Source of the DNA: Candidatus Omnitrophota bacterium
Lineage (GTDB): Bacteria; Omnitrophota; Gorgyraeia; Gygaellales; Profunditerraquicolaceae
Reading direction: 5' to 3'
DNA: 64,000 nucleotides
NCBI GenBank assembly: GCA_025453395.1
Contig: JALOQK010000002.1
Span: 474,509-538,508, forward strand
Shown here: positions 38,519 to 47,514 of the stretch, in pieces
Layout of the letters: each line of letters starts with the position of its first letter
How positions within the stretch are numbered: position 1 is the stretch's first letter
The notes under the pieces: generated by a model
Told to the model about the DNA's origin: nothing
Database searches by the model: none
Seen by the model: the letters and a program-made list of their open reading frames with translations, nothing else
Program-made: the position numbers and the translations under genes

Positions 38519-39562
38519 TTATTTTCTCCAACCGGCCTCTATGAAACTATTCTTAATGTGATTTAGGATAACATGCGGCGAAAGCCCCAAAAGCATATTG
38601 TAATCATTAAAGCAAATAAAGGCATAGCAGGTCTTGCAACTATGGTCCTTAATATTCTCCCAAGCCCTGATAAACCCATGTTCTACAAAACTTAAAGCGG
38701 GGATCATCTGAATCATCTGCGAACAAGGATACACCTTGCCATCTGAATCTATAATGCACATATTCTTGCCCGCATGGCACTTAATGTGCCTGCCGAAATC
38801 TTTAATCGCGCCAGCCTCTATTGATTTCTTATTGTAATCTGGCCAATCCAAAGTATATTGATGAGCCTGTTTAGAAAAGAAAACCGGATAGCCCTTTTTC
38901 TTATAATCAATAATCTTTCTTAAGGCGTTTTTGTAATCTTCTCTAGAAGCCAAGAAATCCTGATTGCTTTGAAAAAATGGCAGCAAAAACTGCACGAAAA
39001 ACTTTTTTTCTTTAGCCAGATCTAAAATATGCTCTATGGCATGCACATTATATTTGCTGATCATAGTACTTGTATGCACATTGATATTATTCTTCTTGGC
39101 TAAATCAATTGCCTCTATCACTTTACGGTAAGAGCCTTTCCCCTTATACAGATCATGCGATTGTTCATCACCGTCTAAACTAATGCATAAGGTATTAAGT
39201 TTTTTAACCGCGCTTAACCTCTGAGGCACAAGGTGTCCATTTGTATTCATGTGGCATTCGATACCATTTTTACGTATATAATCAATGACCTGCTCAATAT
39301 CCTTGCGCATCAATGGCTCACCTGCCCCCAAATTTATTATCTTTGTGCCTAAAGATTTTAATTCATCGATAAGCGCCAAGAGCTGTTCAGTGGTAAAATC
39401 TTTTGTGTCGCGCTTATCATAAGTGCCATAACAATAACTGCACTTTAAATTACAGGTATTGGTCACATTAATATGCACTGTAAGCGGAATGGATTTCTTG
39501 GTAAAGGCTATGTTCAAAATAGAAGAAAAAATCCCAACCTTAGAAAAAATATTACTGGCCAT
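38519..39562 (-). CDS. Radical SAM protein (paralog of 30673-31728)
   Basis: CNLKCSYC, GEPLMR, CHAG...DG.VYPC...C..C. Confidence 0.85.
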   Translation of the reverse strand: MASNIFSKVGIFSSILNIAFTKKSIPLTVHINVTNTCNLKCSYCYGTYDKRDTKDFTTEQLLALIDELKSLGTKIINLGAGEPLMRKDIEQVIDYIRKNGIECHMNTNGHLVPQRLSAVKKLNTLCISLDGDEQSHDLYKGKGSYRKVIEAIDLAKKNNINVHTSTMISKYNVHAIEHILDLAKEKKFFVQFLLPFFQSNQDFLASREDYKNALRKIIDYKKKGYPVFFSKQAHQYTLDWPDYNKKSIEAGAIKDFGRHIKCHAGKNMCIIDSDGKVYPCSQMIQMIPALSFVEHGFIRAWENIKDHSCKTCYAFICFNDYNMLLGLSPHVILNHIKNSFIEAGWRK

Positions 39563-40310
39563 TATTCCTCCCTACGATGACAATCTTAAAAGCAAAAAGT
39601 GATTTAAATAAATACCCGAATACGTATTCTACCGGCTGGATAAAGCTTAAATAGAACTTATAGCATGGCAATTGCATAAGATACTTACCCCCTAAAGACT
39701 CTTGATCTTTTTTTCTTAACATGATTTTCTTCAAGAACGGCTGAAGCGCCCGGACAAAATAAGGGATATAATCTATTTTCTCTATCGTGAAGCCCTCCCT
39801 TAAAAGCATATTCTTGGCGCTAGCTAAGGTAAAAAAGCGGATATGCCCTCTATCCATTATCCCGGTATCTGTATAATCAAAGTTACCGAATAAGAAATTA
39901 ATCCTGTTTAACCACGAAACCGTATTTGGAAAGGAAAAAATAATCTTGGCTCCGGGCTTAAGAAATCCCTTATAAAATTTAACCGCCTCTCTAGGCTCTA
40001 AGATATGCTCCAAAACATCGGCAAAAATAATATAATCGAAGAGAATTTCTCCTAAATATCCTTTTACTGCAACAAAATCTGTCAAATCCGCCTGGATAAC
40101 CCTGGTGATGCGTTTGACTGATTCTGCAGAAGCTTGCGGGTGCATTTCTATGCCCCAGCAAACACAGTTCTTTTTTTCTATTTCCTCGCCCAATACACCC
40201 CGGCCGCACCCGACATCCAACACCAAAGGCACAAGCTTGGAATCAGCAATAACAACCTGTCTTAAAACCGCATCATTTATTTCATCAAAATATTTATAAT
40301 CTTGTGTCAT
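39552..40310 (-). CDS. Class I SAM-dependent methyltransferase
   Basis: LDVGCGRG, ADVLEH, PN, G.MDRGHIRFFT. Confidence 0.85.
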   Translation of the reverse strand: MTQDYKYFDEINDAVLRQVVIADSKLVPLVLDVGCGRGVLGEEIEKKNCVCWGIEMHPQASAESVKRITRVIQADLTDFVAVKGYLGEILFDYIIFADVLEHILEPREAVKFYKGFLKPGAKIIFSFPNTVSWLNRINFLFGNFDYTDTGIMDRGHIRFFTLASAKNMLLREGFTIEKIDYIPYFVRALQPFLKKIMLRKKDQESLGGKYLMQLPCYKFYLSFIQPVEYVFGYLFKSLFAFKIVIVGRNNGQ

Positions 40311-40319
40311 TCTGATAGG

Positions 40320-41303
40320 TTAGCTATGAAATACAATCTTTGCTCCTTCATGCTCAAAAGAAAACCAAAAAGGCACCAGCCCCATCTTGGCCATTGCCTC
40401 GACCAAAACAGATTTATTCTTTGGGCAATAGAAAAGAATAAATCCTCCTCCTCCGGCACCCGCAACTTTGCCGCCCAAAGCTCCGGACTTGCGCCCAGCC
40501 TCATACACTTCGTCTATGAAGCTGTCGGATACCTTGCCAGACAAACCTTTTTTTATCAACCAATGCTGATGCATTAGTTCACCAAAATCATCAAGCTTGC
40601 CCTTCTCAAAGGCAGCTCTGGTAGCAAGTCCGATTTCTTTTATCTTATGCAATCTCTGGATAGTTTTCTTATCATCCTGCTTAGTTTTTTGGTCTTGCTC
40701 AATTAAAACATCGCTTGCTGATCTTTCTTTATTCAAGAAAAAAAGCAGAAGATTATTCTGCAATTGAGCCAAATCTTCTTCCTTGATATCTACGGGATCA
40801 ACAACCACTGTGCCATCCGTATTAAAAGTATAGGCATTAAACCCGCCAAAACTAGCCACATACTGGTCTTGCTTACCAATCGGCTGCTTTAGAATATCAA
40901 GTTCTAAATGGCAAGCCGCCTCTGCCAGATCTTCAAGATTTAAATATTGCTTTTTATACGCATAAAGGCCGTTAAGCAATGAAACGGTAAAACTAGAAGA
41001 AGTGCCTAATCCGCAATGCGCCGGGACATCGGCTATAGAAACAATCTCTATCTGCCGGTTAATTTGCAACAGCTTTAATACCTCGCGGAATATTTTATGC
41101 TCTATGTCCTTAACCTGGCCCACTATTTCGGTCTTGGAATAAGAAAGGCGGATGGACTGATTAAAACGTTTATTGATATTAATATAAACGTATTTATTTA
41201 TTGCCGCGGCCATTAAGAATCCGCCATACTTTTTGTAATATGACGGTAAATCGGTTCCACCCCCGCCCATAGATAATCTAACCGGAGCGCGCGATATAAT
41301 CAT
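40320..41303 (-). CDS. GHMP sugar kinase, HddA-like (heptose-7-phosphate 1-kinase)
   Basis: APVRLS.GGGGTD, GLGTSS, GKQDQY, GAGGGG. Confidence 0.85.
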   Translation of the reverse strand: MIISRAPVRLSMGGGGTDLPSYYKKYGGFLMAAAINKYVYININKRFNQSIRLSYSKTEIVGQVKDIEHKIFREVLKLLQINRQIEIVSIADVPAHCGLGTSSSFTVSLLNGLYAYKKQYLNLEDLAEAACHLELDILKQPIGKQDQYVASFGGFNAYTFNTDGTVVVDPVDIKEEDLAQLQNNLLLFFLNKERSASDVLIEQDQKTKQDDKKTIQRLHKIKEIGLATRAAFEKGKLDDFGELMHQHWLIKKGLSGKVSDSFIDEVYEAGRKSGALGGKVAGAGGGGFILFYCPKNKSVLVEAMAKMGLVPFWFSFEHEGAKIVFHS

Positions 41304-41309
41304 ATAATC

Positions 41310-42275
41310 TTAGATTGGTTTTTTGCAACTTTTATATATGGCCTCTGCTGATTTAGTTATTGCCTGAAGACTTGAGTAGGAATTATTCCAACCCAGCTTG
41401 CGGATCTTGCTTGAATCAAGCCTTACTACAGGGACATCACCCTGCCAACCCCTAGACCCGCCTGTGTATTCGTATTTAACTTTACTTAAACCCATTACCC
41501 TGGTTACAACATCCGCGATCTGCTTGACGCTTATTGAATCCAGTGTTGATACATTATAAAAATTAAATCCCTTATTCTTTCGTTGCGTCAATAAGATGGC
41601 TTTTATGACATCGCTTACATAAATATAAGACTTACTCTGTTTGCCGTTGCCTAATATCTTAAGGCGCTTTTTATCCTTTAACAATCTTCTGACAAAATCA
41701 TACCCCACCCCATGCGTCTGGTTTGGCCCCACGACATTGGCAAATCTTAAAACTGTCGCGTTAATCCCGAACATATGGCAATAAGCGCAGATAAGCGCTT
41801 CTGCGGCAAGTTTACTTGCGCCATAAGTGGAAACCGGTAAAAGCGGAGCATATTGCTCACTTAATCTATTTAAGCCAACATCGCCATAAATTCCGCTTCC
41901 AGATGAAAAAATTAGATTTTTTACACCGTTTACGCGCATTGCCTCAAGTATATTGTTCACCAGATATGTCCCTTCCCAGAAATCTATTTCTGGAAATTTA
42001 ACTGCGCGGGCGATATCAGCATTAGAAGCAAAATGATACACCAGCGAAACATCTTTAGTCAAACAACGCGATAACTTCTTTATGTCTTTAATATCAGCGT
42101 TTATTATCTGCAGACGAGAAGAACGCAAGTCTGATAAAAATGAAATATCCCCTGAAGAGAAATTATCATAAACGACAACCTTATCATTTGGACAGTTTGA
42201 TAAAAGATGCCGGCACATATGGCTTCCGATAAACCCTGCGCCTCCAGAAATAAAATATTTCTTCATATTATTCAA
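41310..42275 (-). CDS. NAD-dependent nucleotide-sugar epimerase/dehydratase
   Basis: GGAGFIG, YGASK, RFANVVG, GWQGDV. Confidence 0.85.
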   Translation of the reverse strand: MNNMKKYFISGGAGFIGSHMCRHLLSNCPNDKVVVYDNFSSGDISFLSDLRSSRLQIINADIKDIKKLSRCLTKDVSLVYHFASNADIARAVKFPEIDFWEGTYLVNNILEAMRVNGVKNLIFSSGSGIYGDVGLNRLSEQYAPLLPVSTYGASKLAAEALICAYCHMFGINATVLRFANVVGPNQTHGVGYDFVRRLLKDKKRLKILGNGKQSKSYIYVSDVIKAILLTQRKNKGFNFYNVSTLDSISVKQIADVVTRVMGLSKVKYEYTGGSRGWQGDVPVVRLDSSKIRKLGWNNSYSSLQAITKSAEAIYKSCKKPI

Positions 42276-42835
42276 GTAGATATATTATTAACTATTAAAT
42301 GTAGCAGGACCGCCTGAAAACCTTCAGCATGAGGCGTAACTCTTTTTTGGTCTATAACAGGAATAAGAATGCAGGCATCGGAAATCTTGCGCGCCTCTCC
42401 TCCATCGCGGCTTACAATAGAGACAACTCTAGCGTTTTTTTCTTTAGCATAACGCATCGCTAAAACCAAATTCTGCGATACGGTCTTCGTTCCGCCTCCG
42501 ACAGAAAGAACAAGCAATACATCATTCTCAGTTAATTTAGAAACCTTCAACCATTCAATAAAAATATATTCAAAACCGGAATCATTAGTCCAGGCTGTTA
42601 ATTCAGAAACGTTATCCGAAGCAGCGTAAGCTTCAATGCGGGCTATCTTTCTAAAATCATTAACCGCGTGAGAGGCATTGGCCGCTGAGCCTCCTATCCC
42701 TAAGATAAAAAGCCTGCCGGCAGTATTTCGTAAATCTGAAATAACCGCGCTTACCTTTAAAATATCTTCGCGATTAATGCTATCAATTATATTTTTTGTC
42801 TCTGCAAAATAAATATCTATATAATCTTTGCTCAT
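42272..42835 (-). CDS. SIS-domain sugar-phosphate isomerase, GmhA-like variant
   Basis: GIGGSAANASHAVND, LTA..ND.G, SVGGG. Confidence 0.8.
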   Translation of the reverse strand: MSKDYIDIYFAETKNIIDSINREDILKVSAVISDLRNTAGRLFILGIGGSAANASHAVNDFRKIARIEAYAASDNVSELTAWTNDSGFEYIFIEWLKVSKLTENDVLLVLSVGGGTKTVSQNLVLAMRYAKEKNARVVSIVSRDGGEARKISDACILIPVIDQKRVTPHAEGFQAVLLHLIVNNIST

Positions 42836-43548
42836 AGTTTCAACCCCGAGTCTTGCGCATCTTTATAAAACATCTTTATCGTATCCAAGGAAAACTCGTG
42901 CAGATCATAATCAATAAGATGCATTTTCTTAATAAAATCAGGCAAAAGGGTAATTATATCAGATCCTGCCTGTTCGGCCTGAAAAATATTAAGCAGCTCT
43001 CTGGGGCTGGCCCATAAAATCTTAATGTTAGGCTTGTTTTTAATGAGAATCTTTGCCTTTTTAATAAATTCCACGGGGTCAACTCCTGTATCGGCAATCC
43101 TGCCGGAAAAGATAGAAAAAATAATATCCGCATCAGAATCGAGTTTATTGGCGACCTTCTTGATCTGCTCCAAAGTCATTATTGCGGTAACATTGACCTT
43201 TATCTTATCCTTGGAAAGCTCTGCAATAAGCTCAGAAGAGTCATCGCCCCTTGTATTCATAACCGGGATCTTCACATATATATTGGATCCAAAACCAGAA
43301 AGCCTTTTAGCCTGCTGTTTCATTTCTCTAAAATCATCGCTTATAACTTCAAAAGAAATAGGTTTGCCAGCTACAATCGGCAGAATCTGTTTTATAAATC
43401 CACAATAATCTTTTACCTGGGCCTTCCGCATAAGCGTGGGGTTGGTAGTAAATCCGTGTATATAGTCAAGCCCCGCCATAGAACGTAAATCATCAAGGCT
43501 TGCCCCATCACAGTATATTTTGACTTTAAGCGACCTAATTTTATTCAT
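42832..43548 (-). CDS. Transaldolase (short TalC-type)
   Basis: GFTTNPTL, SFEV (Glu), VKIP (Schiff-base Lys), SIFSGR (Phe), WAS.R. Confidence 0.85.
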   Translation of the reverse strand: MNKIRSLKVKIYCDGASLDDLRSMAGLDYIHGFTTNPTLMRKAQVKDYCGFIKQILPIVAGKPISFEVISDDFREMKQQAKRLSGFGSNIYVKIPVMNTRGDDSSELIAELSKDKIKVNVTAIMTLEQIKKVANKLDSDADIIFSIFSGRIADTGVDPVEFIKKAKILIKNKPNIKILWASPRELLNIFQAEQAGSDIITLLPDFIKKMHLIDYDLHEFSLDTIKMFYKDAQDSGLKL

Positions 43549-43549
43549 A

Positions 43550-44875
43550 TTACTCTTTCGTATCTCTTAAATACCCAGCAAAATCAAGAATATTCTCAAA
43601 AACCAAATCCGGCTTACACTCCTGCAATCCCCCTGAATCATCCTTTTTATATTTACCGATAAAAACAGAACGCACGGACTTTTTCTTAGCCGCCAATATA
43701 TCTGCGGATGAATCTCCGACCATGTATGAATTGCCTATATCGATATTATATTTATCAATCGCCGTTTCTAAGAGCCCTGCTTGCGGCTTACGGCATTGGC
43801 ACTTCTTAACAAGAAACTGTTCTGCCGCTAGGTCAGAACCCTCCTGATGATGCGGACAAACCATAACATCATCTATTTCTACGCCATTTTCTCTGAATAG
43901 ATCCAGCATCCTATTATTGATTGCGTATATATCTTTAAGGGTGGTTTTCCCTTTTGCTGCCGCAGGCTGATTTGTGACCACGATCAAAAGAAACCCGTGT
44001 TTTTTCATCTGCTTTAACGCATCAAAAACTCCATCAATAAGACAAAATTCGTCCGGCTTTAATGGAGAATCAAACTGCTTGATATTATCATTAAAAACAA
44101 ACTTGTTTAATGTGCCGTCGCGATCAAGAAATATTGCTTTATTCTTCTGTGATAAGCGCTGTTTTATGAAATTCCTAAATTCTTCTAATGAACCCGAATT
44201 GCCTATTTCGCGGAATCTCTTTCTAGTTACAAAACCCGCAAGCAAACCATCCCTGACAAGCATAGAGTAAAAATCTGATAAATCGCCCACCGATGCGGGG
44301 ATTTTATCCACCAAAGCTTTATTTAAAAAGCTTGTGCCATAATCAATATAATCCATTTCTGCCTGACTGGACTTTTTATCGTATTTAACGATTCGGTTAT
44401 TCTCAAAAACTATGTTACTTTTATCATAAAGATTATTATTCTTAAGAATGCACATCATGCCTGAACCAGAGGAACTTTTCTTTAACAGCCAATAATTATA
44501 CAAGGCTTGCTGATAATCCATGTCCATAAAAGAGTCTCCATAAGAAAGCATAAAATCATCTTCCAAAAGCAACATGGCATTTTTAAGAGCACTCGCTGTG
44601 CCTTCAGCACCCGGCGGGTCAGGTGAATATTCTATTTTTACGCCAAATTCAACGCCATCGCCAAAAAAATCATATATATATTCTTTCCCAAAGCCAACAC
44701 AGAAAATAAACTTCTTAAAACCAGCTAAACGCAATAGGTCAAACTGATAAGAGAAAAACGGCTTGCCTTCTACTTCAGCCATGGCTTTAGGCAGATTGCC
44801 AATGACACCGCCTAAACGCGTACCCTTACCCCCCATCAAAACAACGACCTGTAATTCTCTTGCATCTGGAATCAT
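43550..44875 (-). CDS. Fused HddC-like nucleotidyltransferase and GmhB-like HAD phosphatase
   Basis: N-terminal GGKGTRL..LPK; C-terminal FLDRDGT, VTNQ, CPHH...CQCRKP, GD...D. Confidence 0.85.
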   Translation of the reverse strand: MIPDARELQVVVLMGGKGTRLGGVIGNLPKAMAEVEGKPFFSYQFDLLRLAGFKKFIFCVGFGKEYIYDFFGDGVEFGVKIEYSPDPPGAEGTASALKNAMLLLEDDFMLSYGDSFMDMDYQQALYNYWLLKKSSSGSGMMCILKNNNLYDKSNIVFENNRIVKYDKKSSQAEMDYIDYGTSFLNKALVDKIPASVGDLSDFYSMLVRDGLLAGFVTRKRFREIGNSGSLEEFRNFIKQRLSQKNKAIFLDRDGTLNKFVFNDNIKQFDSPLKPDEFCLIDGVFDALKQMKKHGFLLIVVTNQPAAAKGKTTLKDIYAINNRMLDLFRENGVEIDDVMVCPHHQEGSDLAAEQFLVKKCQCRKPQAGLLETAIDKYNIDIGNSYMVGDSSADILAAKKKSVRSVFIGKYKKDDSGGLQECKPDLVFENILDFAGYLRDTKE

Positions 44876-45615
44876 GCCAGTTTAACAACCTTGTTATCCT
44901 GATAAATAAAAGTTTTGGGAAAAACATTACGCGCAATTCTTAAAGCCAGCCTTCTCTGCTTGATGCTGGTATATATACTGGAATCAAAGTGCACCAAAAC
45001 TAACTTCTTCACGCCGCACTGTTTGGCAAAAGAAGCTGCTATTTTTGGATTTAAATGCGGCCACGAGGGGTCATCTTGGCCTAATTTATACGAAGATTCA
45101 AGAAATAATACATCCGCGTTATTGGCAAGAGAATACAGATTATCGCAAATACCGGTATCAGTAGCAAAACTAATAATCTTATTCTCCAGTAAAAATCTAT
45201 AACCATAGCAAACCGAAGAATGCCTTAAGGGATAGAACTTTAAACCAAAGGGAAATTTTACTTTCTGTGTCAATTCTTCAACCTCTACCTGCATCTTGAG
45301 ATCTTTTATAGGGACCGAATACGGCTGGGCAATGATAGAATTAAGATTCCTTTTTATCCCCGGTGGCCCAAAAATCTTTAGGCCTTTTTTAAATCTGAAT
45401 TTTGCTAAAGCATGTAGCCCTATAATATGGTCCAAATGAAAGTGACTCAAGAAGAGATATGACTTTTTATCAGCCTTAATATACTTATCCAGCTTATATA
45501 ATCCGCTTCCCGCATCAAGAATAATGCATTCCCTCTTTGTTTCTATTAAAATACATAGAGTATTACCCATTGGGCTGTCGTACCAACCGTTAGTACCTAA
45601 GAAAAACGCCTTCAT
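44872..45615 (-). CDS. MBL-fold metallohydrolase (RNase Z-like)
   Basis: FLGT, DAGSG, SHFHLDH, TDT, HL, VHF. Confidence 0.8.
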   Translation of the reverse strand: MKAFFLGTNGWYDSPMGNTLCILIETKRECIILDAGSGLYKLDKYIKADKKSYLFLSHFHLDHIIGLHALAKFRFKKGLKIFGPPGIKRNLNSIIAQPYSVPIKDLKMQVEVEELTQKVKFPFGLKFYPLRHSSVCYGYRFLLENKIISFATDTGICDNLYSLANNADVLFLESSYKLGQDDPSWPHLNPKIAASFAKQCGVKKLVLVHFDSSIYTSIKQRRLALRIARNVFPKTFIYQDNKVVKLA

Positions 45616-46595
45616 ATTTTGCGCCTTTTTAAAATACTACTATACCAGCCATAAGTGCTGGATAGCCCATCTTTAAGCAAAACCTTGGGCCTCCAATGCA
45701 AAATCTTCATCGCCTTAGACGAGTTAAGATACTGTTTCTTAATCTCATATTTGGCCTTGTTTAGAATATTAATCTGTAGTTTTTTCCCGGTAACACGATA
45801 AACAAGGTTTAATAATTCGAAAACTGACAGGGGTTTTTGGTTGCTGAAATTGAAGGCTTCGCCTTTTAACTTCTTGCCCCTCATGCATTGCGCAATCATA
45901 ATGTATCCGCCAACCACATCGTCAACATGAATATAATCTCTTATAAATTTGCCATCGCTTCTAATAACAAGATTTCTGCCCAAAACCAAACACCTGAAAG
46001 CGTCTGGAATAAGACGAGAAAAATTAAGGTCTCCCGGGCCGTAAATATTTCCTGAACGGGTTATGGCTACCGGAAGATTGAAAGTAGCTGCGTAGGACTT
46101 GGCAATCATATCCGCGCAGGCCTTGGATACATCATAAGGATGCTCTGCTAAAAGCGCGGCATCCTCTTGATAAGGTAGTTTATTATGGCTTCCGTAAGCC
46201 TTATCGCTTGAGGCAACTACAATTGCCTCTATACCCGTTTTTCTTCTGGCGGATTCTAACAGCTTCCAGGTGCCCTCTACATTAGAAGAAAAGGTCTGCG
46301 TTGGATTCTTAAGGCCACAAGATACAATCGCTTCAGCAGCAAGATGAAAAATAATCCTGATTCGGCGCTCTCTTATTATCTTATCTATTAATTTACTGTC
46401 CCTAACGTCACCGCTATAGGTAACAATCTTTTTATACTGCTGCTGATCAAGCAAGCGCACAGAACGATTTGTGTCAATATCTAAACCTATAACCTTGGCA
46501 TCTAATTCTAAAAGGCGTTTACATAAATTCGCCCCTAAAAACCCCTCATGCCCGGTAACTAATACCGGCTTATTCCTCCAAAAAGATTTAGGCAT
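45612..46595 (-). CDS. rfbG: CDP-glucose 4,6-dehydratase-like (RfbG/DdhB)
   Basis: FW.NK.VLVTGH.GFLG, HLAA, SSDKAY, YDVSK, GPGD....RLIPD; follows rfbF. Confidence 0.75.
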   Translation of the reverse strand: MPKSFWRNKPVLVTGHEGFLGANLCKRLLELDAKVIGLDIDTNRSVRLLDQQQYKKIVTYSGDVRDSKLIDKIIRERRIRIIFHLAAEAIVSCGLKNPTQTFSSNVEGTWKLLESARRKTGIEAIVVASSDKAYGSHNKLPYQEDAALLAEHPYDVSKACADMIAKSYAATFNLPVAITRSGNIYGPGDLNFSRLIPDAFRCLVLGRNLVIRSDGKFIRDYIHVDDVVGGYIMIAQCMRGKKLKGEAFNFSNQKPLSVFELLNLVYRVTGKKLQINILNKAKYEIKKQYLNSSKAMKILHWRPKVLLKDGLSSTYGWYSSILKRRKI

Positions 46596-46597
46596 TT

Positions 46598-47368
46598 TTA
46601 CTTCCAGATTTTCCAGGGAGCGTTTCCTGATTGCCAGAGGCGCTCTAATTCATTACGGTCGCGCAACGTATCCATAGGCCTCCAGAACCCCTGATGCCGA
46701 TAGGCGGATAATTTCCCTGCCCGGGCAAGAGCCTGAACAGGTTCTTTTTCCCAAAGCACATCCCCATGAATGTAATCAAAAATCCCCTGCTCCATAACAA
46801 AAAATCCGGCATTTATCCAAGCGTTATCGCCTTTGGGCTTCTCGGTAAAGGCCTTAACTTTATTATTCCTTTCAATATCTAAACTGCCAAACCTGCCCAA
46901 AGGCTGAACCGCGGTTACTGTAGACAAGGCTTTACTTTTACGATGAGAATCCAAAAGTTTCTTTAGATTAATATTTGCCAAACCATCTCCATATGCCATC
47001 ATAAAAGTATGCTTTCCTAAATATTTGCGTACTGCCAGCAATCTTGCGGCTGTCAATGCCTCCAGGCCTGTATCCACCAAAGTAACTCTCCAAGATTCAG
47101 TTTTATTCTCATGTATAATGGTTTTCCCTTGAGCAAGATCAATAGTAACATCGCTTTTATGCAAAAGGTAATGCGAAAAATACTCTTTAATGATATACCC
47201 TTTATAGCCTAAGCAGACAATAAAATCATTAAACCCAAAGCTTGAATATATCTTCATGATATGCCACAAGATGGGCTGGTTGCCTATTTCTACCATGGGC
47301 TTCGGGACTACAGTGGTAGCTTCACTAAGGCGGGTGCCTTTACCTCCGGCAAGAATCACAACTTTCAT
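46598..47368 (-). CDS. rfbF: Glucose-1-phosphate cytidylyltransferase
   Basis: Start moved to ATG 47368 (SD AAGGAG at 47380-47375). LAGGKGTRL.E.T...PKPMVEIG, WINAGFF, FW.PMDTLRD, APWKIW. Confidence 0.92.
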   Translation of the reverse strand: MKVVILAGGKGTRLSEATTVVPKPMVEIGNQPILWHIMKIYSSFGFNDFIVCLGYKGYIIKEYFSHYLLHKSDVTIDLAQGKTIIHENKTESWRVTLVDTGLEALTAARLLAVRKYLGKHTFMMAYGDGLANINLKKLLDSHRKSKALSTVTAVQPLGRFGSLDIERNNKVKAFTEKPKGDNAWINAGFFVMEQGIFDYIHGDVLWEKEPVQALARAGKLSAYRHQGFWRPMDTLRDRNELERLWQSGNAPWKIWK

Positions 47369-47423
47369 TTTATTCTCCTTCAATAGGCTCGTAAGTTATA
47401 GATTTGACTACAGATAGACCTTT

Positions 47424-47452
47424 ATTTTATATCGAATCTAACTATCTTTCAA
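47424..47452 (-). promoter_or_regulatory. Sigma70-type promoter for the glycan operon
   Basis: Minus strand TTGAAA (47452-47447), N17, TAAAAT (47429-47424). Confidence 0.65.
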
Positions 47453-47475
47453 GCACAAAATTACCTTTAAACCAA

Positions 47476-47503
47476 TTGACACCGCCTAAAGAAGTAGTAT
47501 AAT
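47476..47503 (+). promoter_or_regulatory. Consensus sigma70 promoter for the oligosaccharyltransferase gene
   Basis: TTGACA (47476-47481), N16, TATAAT (47498-47503); the ATG follows 11 nt later. Confidence 0.75.
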
Positions 47504-47514
47504 TTTCCATAATC

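Noticed and set aside
47481-47486. GGCGGT on the minus strand resembling an ops element
   Set aside because: Incomplete match, and it lies upstream of the predicted minus-strand promoter, so it would not be transcribed.
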